Assembly: GCA_963771275.1 (NCBI GenBank)
Contig: CAVYSW010000003.1
Coordinates: 992,001 to 1,056,000 of the forward strand
Direction of reading: 5' to 3'
DNA length: 64,000 nucleotides
Source of the DNA: an uncultured Gemmatimonadales bacterium
GTDB lineage: Bacteria; Gemmatimonadota; Gemmatimonadetes; Gemmatimonadales; GWC2-71-9
Below the pieces are notes generated by a model that was not told the origin of the DNA, did not search any database, and was given only the letters and a program-made list of their open reading frames with translations. The position numbers and the translations under genes are program-made. Position 1 is the stretch's first letter, and every line of letters begins with the position of its first letter. Positions 8,336-22,819 of this stretch are shown here, piece after piece.

Positions 8336-9550
8336 TCAGCTGCCGCACACCTCCGTGGCGTTGTACCGCGTGAAACCCATCGGGCCCCATTGCAGGAACA
8401 TGGCGGACCGACCACCCTCGGCGCTCCGCACGGGCAGCAGCGTCTGGACGAAGTGCCGCGACGTGCTCTCCATGCGGTGCCACAGCCTCGCCGACTGCTC
8501 TTGCCGGACGATCGCCGCCTGCGGCACGCCGCTCGGCTCGCCCGTCAGCGGATTCAGCGGCGTTACCGTGAGCCGGCCGTCGGCGCGGAAGTCGCGCCGG
8601 TACTCGCCGCTCCGCGTGAGCACGTCGGTCTGCCAGAGGCTCACCGACCCCTGGATGTCGATGTACTTGTCGCCGTTCGGATTGCAGATCGGCTTCGGCG
8701 CCACGATGTCGTACGGCAGCGTGATGCGCTGCTCGAACGCGCCCGGCTGCAGGGGCACCGCGGCGGCAACCTGCAGGATCGTGGCGTTCCCGTCGTTCGG
8801 GATCCCAACAGGATCGGTCGCGACGTACCCCGGATTCCCCGTCACGATGTACTTGAGGTCGCCGGGCAGGGCGTTGAACAGCTGCGGAATGATCGTCCGG
8901 AACGTCGGCGCATCCGTGATGGGACCCGTCCCGCCCGCGGGTCCACCAAGCCCGCCGCGGATGAAGTCGGCGAAGACCAGCGTCTCCGCCAGCTCCCAGG
9001 AGAGCACCTGGTGGTCCGCCGTGCCCGGAATCAGGATCTCGAAATGCGCGTTGCCGACGGTATGGTCGCCGGCCGGGAACAGGCGCAGGTGCACGCGTGC
9101 GGGCTGGTAGTCACCACAGCTCAGCTGGATCACCGATCCCGCCCACTTGTCGCTCGCGAACGTCACCTGCTCGTCGCCGCCGAGCGCATCCTGCCACGTA
9201 CAGGTGAACGCCGCGAGGGGCGCGAGGGCCGGATCGATGGCGCCGAGCCCGCTGCGGTCGCCGTTGAGGCTCATCAGCGCCGCGCGGATGTTCAGCGGGC
9301 CCGCGTTGCCCGTGAAGATCAGGTTGATGGGATCCTGATTGTCTGACTGATAGTGGTTGAGGGTGTAGGGAAGGAACTCGATGCCGTCTGCCATCACCAA
9401 ACCCGCGGGCGCCGGATACGTCGCCCGATGCAGCTCGGCGTCGGGCGCGTCCGTCGCCACCGGGTTGCGGTCGTCGGTACAACCGATCGAGACCGCCAAC
9501 GTCAGGCCGGCCACCACGCCGACCGCCCGTCCTGCCAGATTGCCACGCAT
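8336..9550 (-). CDS. Hypothetical lipoprotein
   Basis: Lipobox VSIGC, GGAGGAGG RBS, coding-like codon usage; no family recognised. Confidence 0.75.
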   Translation of the reverse strand: MRGNLAGRAVGVVAGLTLAVSIGCTDDRNPVATDAPDAELHRATYPAPAGLVMADGIEFLPYTLNHYQSDNQDPINLIFTGNAGPLNIRAALMSLNGDRSGLGAIDPALAPLAAFTCTWQDALGGDEQVTFASDKWAGSVIQLSCGDYQPARVHLRLFPAGDHTVGNAHFEILIPGTADHQVLSWELAETLVFADFIRGGLGGPAGGTGPITDAPTFRTIIPQLFNALPGDLKYIVTGNPGYVATDPVGIPNDGNATILQVAAAVPLQPGAFEQRITLPYDIVAPKPICNPNGDKYIDIQGSVSLWQTDVLTRSGEYRRDFRADGRLTVTPLNPLTGEPSGVPQAAIVRQEQSARLWHRMESTSRHFVQTLLPVRSAEGGRSAMFLQWGPMGFTRYNATEVCGS

Positions 9551-9594
9551 GACCGCCTCCTCCGAGAGAGTGTGCTGCCAGGGAGTCGGCGGGA

Positions 9595-9626
9595 ACGCTA
9601 CGGAAGGACCGTCAAGCGGGCGTCAA
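9595..9626 (-). promoter_or_regulatory. SARP-type promoter: heptamer repeats plus -10 element
   Basis: Minus strand TTGACGC-ccgc-TTGACGG-8 nt-TAGCGT, upstream of the lipoprotein gene and overlapping the end of the SARP gene. Confidence 0.65.
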
Positions 9627-11519
9627 GCTGGCCGCCTCCAACACCCTGCGCTTCTGGCCGGGAGTGAGCATGTCACGGGCGATCACGTCCCTCACGATCC
9701 GCGCGACGAACGTATAGCCGCGGGACTCGGCCAGCGCCCAACGCTGCCATTCCAGCTCGTCGAGCGCGTTCCGCGCGTCCTCGGCGGCAAGGGCGGTGGC
9801 CTGCCGGACGAGATCCTCGGTCACCCGGTCCGGCAGCACCGACATGGCCGCGAGGACGACCTGGGCATCGCGCGAGAGACCGCGGAAGCCCACCCGGATC
9901 GCGGCGACGACCGCATCGGGCAGGTCGCCCGGCAGCGTCTGCTCGAGCGTGCGGTACGGCGCCGGCCACGCGCCGCCCGCCTCCGCGGGCTCGAGTCCGC
10001 GCACCACGGCGTGCAGCAGCTCGACGACCAGCAACGGCACGCCCGCCGAGTCGAGCGCGACGCGACGCGCCAGCCGATCGGCGGCGTCCGCCGTGTAGTG
10101 GGGGAGCGCCCACCGCACGAGCGTCGCGATCTCCGTCCGGGTGAGCCGGTCGAGCGCGAGTGCCGTCCCATCGAGTGACCGTCCCACGTCGGCCCGCAGC
10201 TCGTTCACGATCGGGTGGTCGTACCCGGTCATCACCGCCAGCACGACCAGCACCGGCCCGTGCGCGAGATCCCGCAACACGGCCTGCAGCCCGAGCAGTG
10301 AGGCGTCGTCCAGCCATTGCGCGTCGTCGAGCGCCAGGAGCACCGGGCGCTCTTCCGCGGCGGCACCGACGATCTCGCGGAATCCGCCGCCGACGGGCGA
10401 CTCCGCGCCGGTGCGGGCGGCGGGGAAGCGATCGCCCCAGGCCGGGATGCGTCGCGCGAACGCGCTGAGCGCCTCGACCGGCGCCGAGCCGATGCCGGGC
10501 GCCTCGAGCAACCCGCCGCGGGCAAGGCCGATCAGTCCGCTGCATGGCTCGGCGGCGTCCGCGCGCACCGCCAGCGCCGCGGCCGTCGTCCAGCCGGCGA
10601 GCGCGAGCCGGCCGGCCAGCTCCTCGAGCACGCGCGTCTTGCCGATGCCCATGTCGCCCTCGATCACCGCGAGGCCGGCGCGCGGTCCCCCGGCCACGCG
10701 CTCGCACAGGCTCGCCAGATCGCCGAGCGCGCGCTCGCGGCCCACCAGCGGCGCGCGGCGCGACCAGAGATCCTGCTGCTCGGCGACCAGCCGCGGGCGC
10801 GTCGGCGCCCGGGCGCGACGGATGCGGTCGGCCAGCTCGGCGGTCCCGGGCTCGGGCTCCGCCCCGGTTTCGCGTCGCACCCGGTCGGCAAACGCGGTGA
10901 ACACCTCGAGCGCCGCCGCCCGGTCGCCCGCGAGCGCCTCCGCCTGCATCACGGTCCGGACCACGGAGTCCGACAACGGCTCCATCGCAAGGGCGCGGCG
11001 CGCAGCCTCGAGCGCTTCCCGCGTCTGGCCGATGCACAGCCGGCCCGCGGCCGCCCGCCGTAGCGCCTCGGCCGCCCGCCGGCGCCATGTGGACCGCTGC
11101 GCCGCGAGCCAGTCCTCGAACGGCGACGCGTCGGGCACCACGAAGCCTTCCATGAAGTCGCCGGCCACGAGCGCCGCCGCCTCCGGCCACCGGCCCGCGG
11201 CCACATGGTGGTCGAACTCCTCGGTGTCGAGAGTCACGGCCTCACCCACGAGGCGTACCTGCGTGCCGTCGGCGTCCACCGCCGCTTCCCCAATGCTGTG
11301 CCGCAGGATCCGGATCGCCTCGCGCACCGAATGCCGCGCCTGGGTCTCCTGCTTGTCGCCCCATAACAGCCCGACGATGTGGTCGCGGGTGCGCGCCCGC
11401 TTGGGGGAGAGCGCGAGGTAGACCAGCAGCGCGAGGTGCTTGCGCCAGAGCAGCTCGGCCGGCGCGGGCCGTCCGTCCGCGCTCACCTCGACGGGACCGA
11501 GCAGCCGGCAGGAGATCAT
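9612..11519 (-). CDS. SARP/AfsR-like transcriptional activator (wHTH + BTAD + AAA ATPase)
   Basis: CRLLGPVEV, LLVYLAL, BTAD (FEDWLAAQR, ALAMEPLSD), PLVGRE, Walker A GDMGIGKT, Walker B LDDAQWLD. Confidence 0.88.
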   Translation of the reverse strand: MISCRLLGPVEVSADGRPAPAELLWRKHLALLVYLALSPKRARTRDHIVGLLWGDKQETQARHSVREAIRILRHSIGEAAVDADGTQVRLVGEAVTLDTEEFDHHVAAGRWPEAAALVAGDFMEGFVVPDASPFEDWLAAQRSTWRRRAAEALRRAAAGRLCIGQTREALEAARRALAMEPLSDSVVRTVMQAEALAGDRAAALEVFTAFADRVRRETGAEPEPGTAELADRIRRARAPTRPRLVAEQQDLWSRRAPLVGRERALGDLASLCERVAGGPRAGLAVIEGDMGIGKTRVLEELAGRLALAGWTTAAALAVRADAAEPCSGLIGLARGGLLEAPGIGSAPVEALSAFARRIPAWGDRFPAARTGAESPVGGGFREIVGAAAEERPVLLALDDAQWLDDASLLGLQAVLRDLAHGPVLVVLAVMTGYDHPIVNELRADVGRSLDGTALALDRLTRTEIATLVRWALPHYTADAADRLARRVALDSAGVPLLVVELLHAVVRGLEPAEAGGAWPAPYRTLEQTLPGDLPDAVVAAIRVGFRGLSRDAQVVLAAMSVLPDRVTEDLVRQATALAAEDARNALDELEWQRWALAESRGYTFVARIVRDVIARDMLTPGQKRRVLEAASLTPA

Positions 11520-11520
11520 G

Positions 11521-12680
11521 TCAGAACAGCTGCCCCACGTCGATGTAGAACTGCACGCCCGCCTCCCGCCCGTACGCCACGTCGAACGTGACGATGAAGG
11601 CGTCGCCCCACGTGAGCCGCCCGCCGCCGCCGGTGCCCCAGGCCACGTTGCGGAGCGTCAGGGACTCGCCCGGCGACCACACGCGGCCGGCATCGAGGAA
11701 TGCCACGAGGCCGGGCCGCAGCCGCTGGCCGAGCAGGTCGAACCGGCCCCCGCGCCAGCGCGCTTCCAGGTTGGCAAGCCCGCGCCGCCGGTCGAGCAGG
11801 CGTCCGCGAAACACCCCGCGGAGCGTCCGCCCGCCGCCGAGCTCCGTGAGGTCGCCAAGCGACGAGCCCATGTCGGGCAGCATGGAGATCGGCATGTCGC
11901 CCGCCACGGTCTCACCGAGCACGCGGAGCGCGACGTTCAGGCCGCGCGTGAGTGGCAGATAGCCGCGGAACGTGCCGGTGAGTCGCGTGAACGTGTGGTC
12001 GCTCCCGAGCGCCGGCATGCCGCGCCATACCAGGGCATCGATCCAGACGCCGCGCTGCGGGTCACGCTCCTGGTCCCGCGTATCCAGCACCAATCCCAGC
12101 TTCACGCCCGCCGAGACCGTGATGCCGTCGGTGGCCGGGAACACGCCCGCGGCGGAATCGGCCGCGAACCGGGTCGCGGGGCTCCTCGACGAGGCGTCCA
12201 TCCGGTGCGCCGCGTATCCCACCAGCACCCGGAGCGGGCCGAGCGCGCGCCACTGCAGATCCGCGAGCCCCGTCAGGCGCTCGCGTACGTACGTGTAGTA
12301 GTTCGGCCCGAGGTCGGGGTTCGCGAGCACCGGGTCGTACGTGGTGGCATTGCCGAGGCCATAGTAGGGCAGGCAGCAGTCCTGGTCCCACAGCACGAGC
12401 CCGCTGACCCGCAGGCGGCGGTGCACCAGGTACGGGATGTCGGCAAACACCCGCAGCTCACGCCGCCCGTTCGTCGTGAAGAAGATCAGCGGCTCGACCG
12501 CCCAGTAGTACGGATCCACCGCCCCGTCGCCGTGCCCGTACACGCCGCCGATGACCCCGTAGCCGAATCCCTCGTCGGAGTTGTAGTTGAGCGCCGGGAG
12601 CGCGGACACGCGCGTGCCGGTGATGCGCTGCGCGGACGCTCCGTGCCAGCCGCCCGCGAGCGCGAGCGCCGCGATCAGTA

Positions 12681-12693
<13 letters not shown>
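11521..12693 (-). CDS. Omp85/BamA-TamA family surface-antigen beta-barrel protein
   Basis: Signal peptide from ATG 12693, ALPALNYNSDEGFGYG, DTRDQERDP, GGGRTLRG lid motif, C-terminal VGQLF. Confidence 0.8.
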
Positions 12694-15584
<2,891 letters not shown>

Positions 15585-15722
15585 CCCCGGGTTTGGGTAA
15601 TCTCCACGCTACGCCCCGGGGACGGCCCGGTCAAGCACGCGTGCCGGGCCGGCGATTCCGTTTCGCCGTCAGTATGTGCAGCTTTTGCGATGCGGGGGCG
15701 CACTATCTTCCAGGAGGCCGCC

Positions 15723-16397
15723 ATGACACTCGCGATCACGTACCTCGGTCACGCCGGCTTCATGCTCGGGGGCGGCGGCCACACCTTGCTCGTCGACCCG
15801 TTTCTCACCGGCAATCCGGTGGCGAAGCATGCGGCCCGGGACCTGCGCTGCGACTACATCGCGCTCACGCACGGCCACAGCGACCACCTCGGCGACACGG
15901 TGGCGATCGCCAAGGCCACCGGCGCCGCGGTGATCGCCGTGTTCGAGATCTGCTCGTTTCTCGAGGCGCAGGGCGTGCACCGCACCGAGCCCGGCAACAC
16001 GGGCGGCCGAATCCTGACCCCGTTCGGGTGGGTCGCGTTCACGCCCGCGTTTCACTCGTCGTCGTTCGAGGGCCACTACCTGGGCATGCCATGCGGGCTC
16101 GTGATCCACATGGGCGGCGTCACGCTCTATCACTGCGGCGACACGGGCCTGTTCGGCGACATGCGGCTGCTCGGCGAGATCTACGAGCCCGACATCGCGT
16201 GCATCCCGATCGGCGACCGGTTCACGATGGGCCCGGCGCTCGCGACCCGCGCCGCCGAGCTGATCAACCCCAAGGTCGCGATCCCGATGCACTACGACAC
16301 CTGGCCGCTGATCGCGCAGGACCCCAAGGCGTTCGCGCCGAAGGGCGTGCCGGTACGCGTCATGCGTCCAGGGGATACGTGGGAGTACACCACGTGA
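15723..16397 (+). CDS. Metal-dependent hydrolase, metallo-beta-lactamase fold (UPF0173-like)
   Basis: YLGHAG, VDPFLTGNP, THGHSDH, HCGDT, PIGDRFTMG, PMHYDTWP; AGGAGG RBS. Confidence 0.9.
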   Translation: MTLAITYLGHAGFMLGGGGHTLLVDPFLTGNPVAKHAARDLRCDYIALTHGHSDHLGDTVAIAKATGAAVIAVFEICSFLEAQGVHRTEPGNTGGRILTPFGWVAFTPAFHSSSFEGHYLGMPCGLVIHMGGVTLYHCGDTGLFGDMRLLGEIYEPDIACIPIGDRFTMGPALATRAAELINPKVAIPMHYDTWPLIAQDPKAFAPKGVPVRVMRPGDTWEYTT

Positions 16398-16410
16398 AGC
16401 GGCGGGGACG

Positions 16411-17361
16411 TTGCGCGCCGTCCTGATCGCGCACCCCGGCGGCCCCGAGGTTCTCGAGCTGCGCGACGTGCCGACGCCGCTGCCCGCGGACGGCCAGGTC
16501 CGCGTTCGCGTGCGGGCGTTCGGCATCAACCGGGCCGATCTGCTGCAGCGCCGCGGACTCTACCCGGCCCCGCCCGACGCATCACAGAACATCCCCGGAC
16601 TCGAGTTCGCGGGCGAGGAGGAACGGTCGGGAAGACGGGTCATGGGCATCGTGGGCGGCGGCGCCTACGCCGAGTACGTGATCGTTCCGGCGAACCAGTT
16701 GCTCCCGATACCCGCCGGGCTGAGCTTCGCGGAAGCGGCGGCCGTGCCCGAGGCATTCCTTACCGCCTTCGACGCGTTGGAGCGGCTGGCGGTGGGCGCC
16801 GGCGAATGGGTGCTCGTGCACGCGGTGGGGAGCGGTGTGGGAACTGCGGCCGTTCAGCTGATCCGCGCCCGCGGCGCCCGCTCGATCGGCACGTCCCGCA
16901 CGCCCGCCAAGCTCGCGCGCGCGCGTGCGCTGGGCCTCGATCACGGGGCGGATGCCACGGCGCCCGATTTCGTGGCGACGGTCCGGCGCATCACGGACGG
17001 CGGCGCGCACGCCGCGCTCGACCTGATAGGGGGGCCGCGGTTCCCGGTCACCCTCGAGGCGCTGCGCGAGCGCGGCCGGCTCGTCCTGGTCGGGCTCACC
17101 GCCGGCGCGCGTGCCGACGTGGACCTGAGCCTCATCTTGCGCCGGCGGCTCCGCATCGAAGGGACGGCGCTCAGGACCCGTGGCGCCTCGGAGAAGGCCG
17201 CGCTGGCAGCGGCGTTCCACGAGGCGGTGCTGCCGCTGTTCGAGCGCGGCGCGCTGCGGCCGGTGCTCGACCGCATCATGCCGCTCGAGCGGGTGGCGGA
17301 GGCGCACGCCTACATGGAATCCAACGCGGGCTTCGGGAAGATCGTGGTGGAGGTGCCGTGA
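16411..17361 (+). CDS. NAD(P)H-quinone oxidoreductase (zeta-crystallin/PIG3-like MDR)
   Basis: GINRADLLQRRGLYP, PGLEFAG, HAVGSGVGTAAVQL, GKIVV. Confidence 0.9.
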   Translation: MRAVLIAHPGGPEVLELRDVPTPLPADGQVRVRVRAFGINRADLLQRRGLYPAPPDASQNIPGLEFAGEEERSGRRVMGIVGGGAYAEYVIVPANQLLPIPAGLSFAEAAAVPEAFLTAFDALERLAVGAGEWVLVHAVGSGVGTAAVQLIRARGARSIGTSRTPAKLARARALGLDHGADATAPDFVATVRRITDGGAHAALDLIGGPRFPVTLEALRERGRLVLVGLTAGARADVDLSLILRRRLRIEGTALRTRGASEKAALAAAFHEAVLPLFERGALRPVLDRIMPLERVAEAHAYMESNAGFGKIVVEVP

Positions 17362-18860
17362 TCGGCATCCCGGCGGACCTGCGGCAGGCGCTGATGGAGC
17401 GCTACGACCTCGAGGAGCCGATCGGCCGCGGCGGCATGGCGACCGTGTACCGCGCGCGCGACGTGAAGCACGGCCGGTCTGTCGCGGTGAAGGTGCTGCG
17501 GCCGGATCTCGGCGAGCTGATCGGACCCGAGCGGTTCCACCGCGAGATCGAGATCGCGGCACGGCTCACGCACCCCAACATCCTGCCGCTCTACGACTCC
17601 GGCGAGGCGGCGGGCGCCTTGTACTACGTCATGCCGTTCGTCGAGGGCGAATCGCTGCGCGGCCTGCTGAGCCGCGTGGGCCTGATGGATACCGAGGGGG
17701 CGCTCGAGCTGGTGCGGCGCGTGGCCGACGCGCTCGACTACGCGCACGGCGAGGGGATCCTCCACCGCGACATCAAGCCGGAGAACATCCTGCTCCCCGG
17801 CGGTCAGGCGGTGCTCGCGGACTTCGGCATCGCCAAGGCGGTGAGCAGCGCCACGAGTCCAGGCAACCTCACGCGCACCGGCATCGCCCTCGGCACGCCG
17901 GGATACATGAGCCCGGAACAGGCCGCAGGCCTGCTCGACCTCGATGCCACAACCGACGTCTACAGCCTCGCCGTCGTGACCTACGAGATGCTGGTGGGCG
18001 GGCTTCCGGGCGCGTGGATCACGCCGGATCAGCTCGCGGCGGGCCGGTTCCTCGAGGCGACCGCCGAGCATCGTACCCAGCTCGACCGGCTCCCCGCCGG
18101 CCTGGAGCAGGCCCTGCTCCACGGGTTGGCCCTGCGGCCCGAGCAGCGGTTCCCCAGCGCGGGCGAGTTCGCCTCCGCGTTGGAGCGGCCCGAGACAGTG
18201 ACCCTCGCGCCGCGGCGCGCCGAACGGGTGGTCGCAATGGCCGCGCCCGATCCCGGGCCGTCCATGCCACGGCCGTTCGCCGCGGCACCCGTCGAGGCAC
18301 CGGCGCCCGAGAGCGCGCTGCTCGGTGCCCCGACGATGCTCCGGCTCGAGCGCGTCATCGAGGGCGAGGTCCCACCAGAGGAGTTCCCGGCGCTGGTCGA
18401 GGAGATCCGGGCGACATTTGGCGTCATGGGCCACCTCGCCACGACCGAGCGCTCCCTGCTATGGACCGGGCGCAAGCCGAAGAAGCCGTTCAACGTGCTC
18501 AACCTGTCCGAGCTGCTCGAATCCGGCACCGGCGACGGGCCCGACGCCCTCGTGCGGATCGCCCCGCGCGGGGGCCGCACGCGGATCCAGATCGAGCAGC
18601 GCCTGGGCGAGGTCGCCGGGGGTGTGTTCGGCGGCGTGTGGGGTGGCGTCGGGGGGGGTGGGCTGGGCATCGTGTTCGGCGTCGGGATCGGCGCGCTGGG
18701 GCTGCCGCTCGGGCTCGTATTCGCCGGCGCCGCCGGCACCGTCGCCGGGAGCTATGCGCTCGCCCGCGCGATCTACCGGGCGGTGGTCGGCAGCAAGCGC
18801 CGGCGCGCCGAGCTGCTGCTGGACCGGCTCGTCGAGCACTGTGAGGAAACCGCGGAGTAG
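17358..18860 (+). CDS. Ser/Thr protein kinase with C-terminal Gly-rich membrane segment
   Basis: GRGGMA, VAVK, HRDIKPEN, DFG, GTPGYMSPE; GTG start overlaps upstream stop. Confidence 0.9.
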   Translation: MIGIPADLRQALMERYDLEEPIGRGGMATVYRARDVKHGRSVAVKVLRPDLGELIGPERFHREIEIAARLTHPNILPLYDSGEAAGALYYVMPFVEGESLRGLLSRVGLMDTEGALELVRRVADALDYAHGEGILHRDIKPENILLPGGQAVLADFGIAKAVSSATSPGNLTRTGIALGTPGYMSPEQAAGLLDLDATTDVYSLAVVTYEMLVGGLPGAWITPDQLAAGRFLEATAEHRTQLDRLPAGLEQALLHGLALRPEQRFPSAGEFASALERPETVTLAPRRAERVVAMAAPDPGPSMPRPFAAAPVEAPAPESALLGAPTMLRLERVIEGEVPPEEFPALVEEIRATFGVMGHLATTERSLLWTGRKPKKPFNVLNLSELLESGTGDGPDALVRIAPRGGRTRIQIEQRLGEVAGGVFGGVWGGVGGGGLGIVFGVGIGALGLPLGLVFAGAAGTVAGSYALARAIYRAVVGSKRRRAELLLDRLVEHCEETAE

Positions 18861-18893
18861 CGAGCGAACCCCGGCCCAACCGCGCCGCCGCCG

Positions 18894-19335
18894 TTACGCC
18901 AACAGAGTGACCGGGTCGCCGACGGCGATCTCGCCGTCGTCGAGCACCTCGCCGTAGACGCCACCGCGCCCGTCGACGCCGAGCGCGTCCCTCAAGCCCG
19001 GAAACGCCTCGTCCATCCGCTCGCACGGCCGCGTCTCGCCGTTCACCCGGATGCGCACCGGCCCCACCTGTAGCACCCGCCCTCGGGCGTCGGGTAGCGC
19101 GATGCCCGACACCATGAGGTTGGCACGGCGCATCGCGGGTTCCACTCCTGCCCCCAGGGTCCGGCGCAGCTCGTCGAACACCTCGCGGGCGATGATCGTC
19201 ACCTGCCGCTGTCCTCCCTGATTGGCGTTGCCGACGAATGCCCCTCCCCGCCACGAGCGCGGCGCGCGAGGCGGAGTCCATCGGCCCGAGATGGGCCCGC
19301 TTGACCCAGATGGCGTCGAGACGCGGAGAAGGCAT
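18894..19335 (-). pseudogene. MOSC-domain protein with +1 frameshift (or sequencing error)
   Basis: N-terminus MPSPRLDAIWVKRAHLGPMD...GRG continues in another frame as IVGNANQGGQRQVT...RRANLMVSG...ETRPCERMDE; extra base at 19237-19238. Confidence 0.75.
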
Positions 19336-19419
19336 GGGGTTCTCGAGTCCGCAAGAAGGCGCTTCAGTTCCGGCTAGGAGGTACTATAACCGCGCTCCCG
19401 TGCGCCGAGCGACCTCGAG

Positions 19420-19587
19420 GTGGTGCTGATCCTCCTCCACAGGCTGGACCTCGGCACCGGCCTGATGGCCATCTGCTTCGCTCTGTTCTTCGGTGGCGTG
19501 TTCTCCGGATTGTCCGCGATCGAACGCGACGTGCGGGCGCTGCGAAGGCACTTCATGTCGACCGATCGAGGCACGGACGCCAAGTAG
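19420..19587 (+). CDS. Possible small membrane protein or gene fragment (55 aa)
   Basis: GTG-start ORF VVLILLHRLDLGTGLMAICFALFFGGVFSGLSAIERDVRALRRH...; hydrophobic segment; no clear RBS. Confidence 0.35.
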   Translation: MVLILLHRLDLGTGLMAICFALFFGGVFSGLSAIERDVRALRRHFMSTDRGTDAK

Positions 19588-19649
19588 CGAGGTGCCATTG
19601 CGTCGCGGGCGAGGACCTTCCGCGCCGCGGACCCCGTAGGGATCTTGGT

Positions 19650-20088
19650 ATGGCCATGACCGGAGTGTCCGCGTCCCCCGAGTTCCTCGCCCTGCAGGAG
19701 GCGGTGGCCGGCCGATACTCGCTCGAGCGCGAGTTGGGCCGCGGGGGCATGGGCGTCGTGTTCCTCGCCCGCGACGTGGCCCTGGACCGTCTGGTCGCGA
19801 TCAAGCTGCTCCCCCCGGACCTCGCAGCCCTCTCGGAGGTGCGCACGCGGTTCCTGCGCGAAGCGCGGACAGCCGCGGGTCTCGCTCACCCCAACATCGT
19901 GCCGATCCACAGCGTCGAGGAGACGCGCGGTCTGGTGTTCTTCGTGATGGGGTATGTGGACGGCGAGACGCTGGGCGCCCGGGTGCGGCGCGCGAGGCCG
20001 CTTCCCCCGCGCGACGTGATGCGGGTGATCCAGGAAGTGGCGTGGGATCGTGCATCGCGACGTGAAGCCCGACAACGTGCTGATCGAG

Positions 20089-20091
<3 letters not shown>
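19650..20091 (+). pseudogene. Truncated, internally deleted Ser/Thr kinase
   Basis: GRGGMG, VAIK, HPNIV in one frame; [16 protein letters not shown] in another; no DFG/APE region. Confidence 0.8.
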
Positions 20092-21327
<1,236 letters not shown>

Positions 21328-21527
21328 TCACGAACCACACGATCGCAGGACGAGTCGTCGTCATCGCCATGCCCCAAGGGATGCACCCCTGCGCCCGGGA
21401 GTTGTGAGGCGCGGGAGCTGCGGTCGAACAGCGGGCGTGGCTCCGATGCCAAGGGGCCGGGCGGATTCGATCCTGAGGCGCGAGTCGCCAGACGAGCGCC
21501 GTGGACTGAAGCGGCCCGGCGCCAACA

Positions 21528-21555
21528 CGAAGGGCCCGCATACGCGGGCCCTTCG
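21528..21555 (-). terminator. Hairpin immediately downstream of tRNA-Cys
   Basis: CGAAGGGCCCGC-atac-GCGGGCCCTTCG perfect 12-bp stem. Confidence 0.7.
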
Positions 21556-21557
21556 AG

Positions 21558-21629
<72 letters not shown>

Positions 21630-21694
21630 GTGGGCTAGGAACTTCGCCACCGCCGGCGCCGCGAGCAAGTCTTGGACCTCGAACACAGGATTCG

Positions 21695-22819
21695 TCAGGA
21701 ATCGCGCGATTCCGGCCGCGATTCGGCCGGCCCTTCGACATCCTCGCGGGGCAGCTCGGTGGCCAGGAACTCCAGTGTCTGCCGGCGGCCCACGGCGCTG
21801 CTGAGCGCCGCGACCACCGCGGGATCGAACACGCTGCCGGCCAGCTCGCGCATCTGCGCCACCGCTTCCGCCGGCGCCACGCTCCGGTGGTACGGCCGCT
21901 GCGACGTCAGGGCGTCATACGTCTCGGCCGCATGGATGATCCGGGCGCCAACCGGAATGCTCGCCCCCGCCAGGCCACCGGGATACCCCTTGCCGTCCCA
22001 CCGCTCGTGGTGGCTCCGCACGAAATCCCGGACGATCCCCAGGTGCTTCAAGGGCGCCAAGATGCGCGCGCCCACCGCGGCATGCTCTCGCACGCGCTGG
22101 AACTCCTCATCGGTGAGCCGCCCCTCCTTGCCCAGCACCGAGTCCGGCACCCCGATCATGCCGATGTCGTGCAGCCGGCCCGCCGTCCGCATCTGCTCGA
22201 TCTCGTTCTCGCCGAGTCCCATCTGCGACGCGATGGTCGCGGCGAACGCCGCCACCCGCTCCGAATGGCCCGCCCAGTACGAGCTCCGCGCCTCCAGCGC
22301 CATGACCAGCGTGGCCAGCGTGGCGACGCTCACCTCCTCGAGCTGCTGTTTGGCAAGCTCCAGCTCGCGCGTGCGCCGGGTGACCTCGCGCCTGAGCCAC
22401 GCGCCGATCTCCCGGTCCTGTGTGAGCACGTCCCGGCGCTTGAGGGCCTTCTTGATCGTCGCCTCGAGCGTGGCGAAATCGACGGGCTTCTGCAGGTAGT
22501 CGAGCGCACCGCGTTGCACGGCGGTGGCCGCCCCCACGGGATCGCCGACTCCGCTCAGCATGACGATCGCCAGGTCCGGGGCGATCTCCAGCGCACCGGG
22601 GATCATGTCCACTCCGCTCGTCCCCGGCATGTTGATGTCCAGCAACATGAGATCTGGCGCGTGGCTGCGGATCAGCTCGAGGGCCGCATCGGCCGAGGCC
22701 GCGTCGAGCACGGCGTAGTGGTTCAGCTCGAACCACTTCCGTAGGGTACGCCGGATGCCGCCCTCATCGTCCACGACGAGGACACGAATCGGATCCATCC
22801 CCGCGTTCTCTGACACCAT
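21695..22819 (-). CDS. Response regulator with HD-GYP (c-di-GMP phosphodiesterase) domain
   Basis: VLVVDDE, LLDINMPG, GHSERV, LHDIGMIG, HHERWDGKGYP. Confidence 0.9.
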   Translation of the reverse strand: MVSENAGMDPIRVLVVDDEGGIRRTLRKWFELNHYAVLDAASADAALELIRSHAPDLMLLDINMPGTSGVDMIPGALEIAPDLAIVMLSGVGDPVGAATAVQRGALDYLQKPVDFATLEATIKKALKRRDVLTQDREIGAWLRREVTRRTRELELAKQQLEEVSVATLATLVMALEARSSYWAGHSERVAAFAATIASQMGLGENEIEQMRTAGRLHDIGMIGVPDSVLGKEGRLTDEEFQRVREHAAVGARILAPLKHLGIVRDFVRSHHERWDGKGYPGGLAGASIPVGARIIHAAETYDALTSQRPYHRSVAPAEAVAQMRELAGSVFDPAVVAALSSAVGRRQTLEFLATELPREDVEGPAESRPESRDS

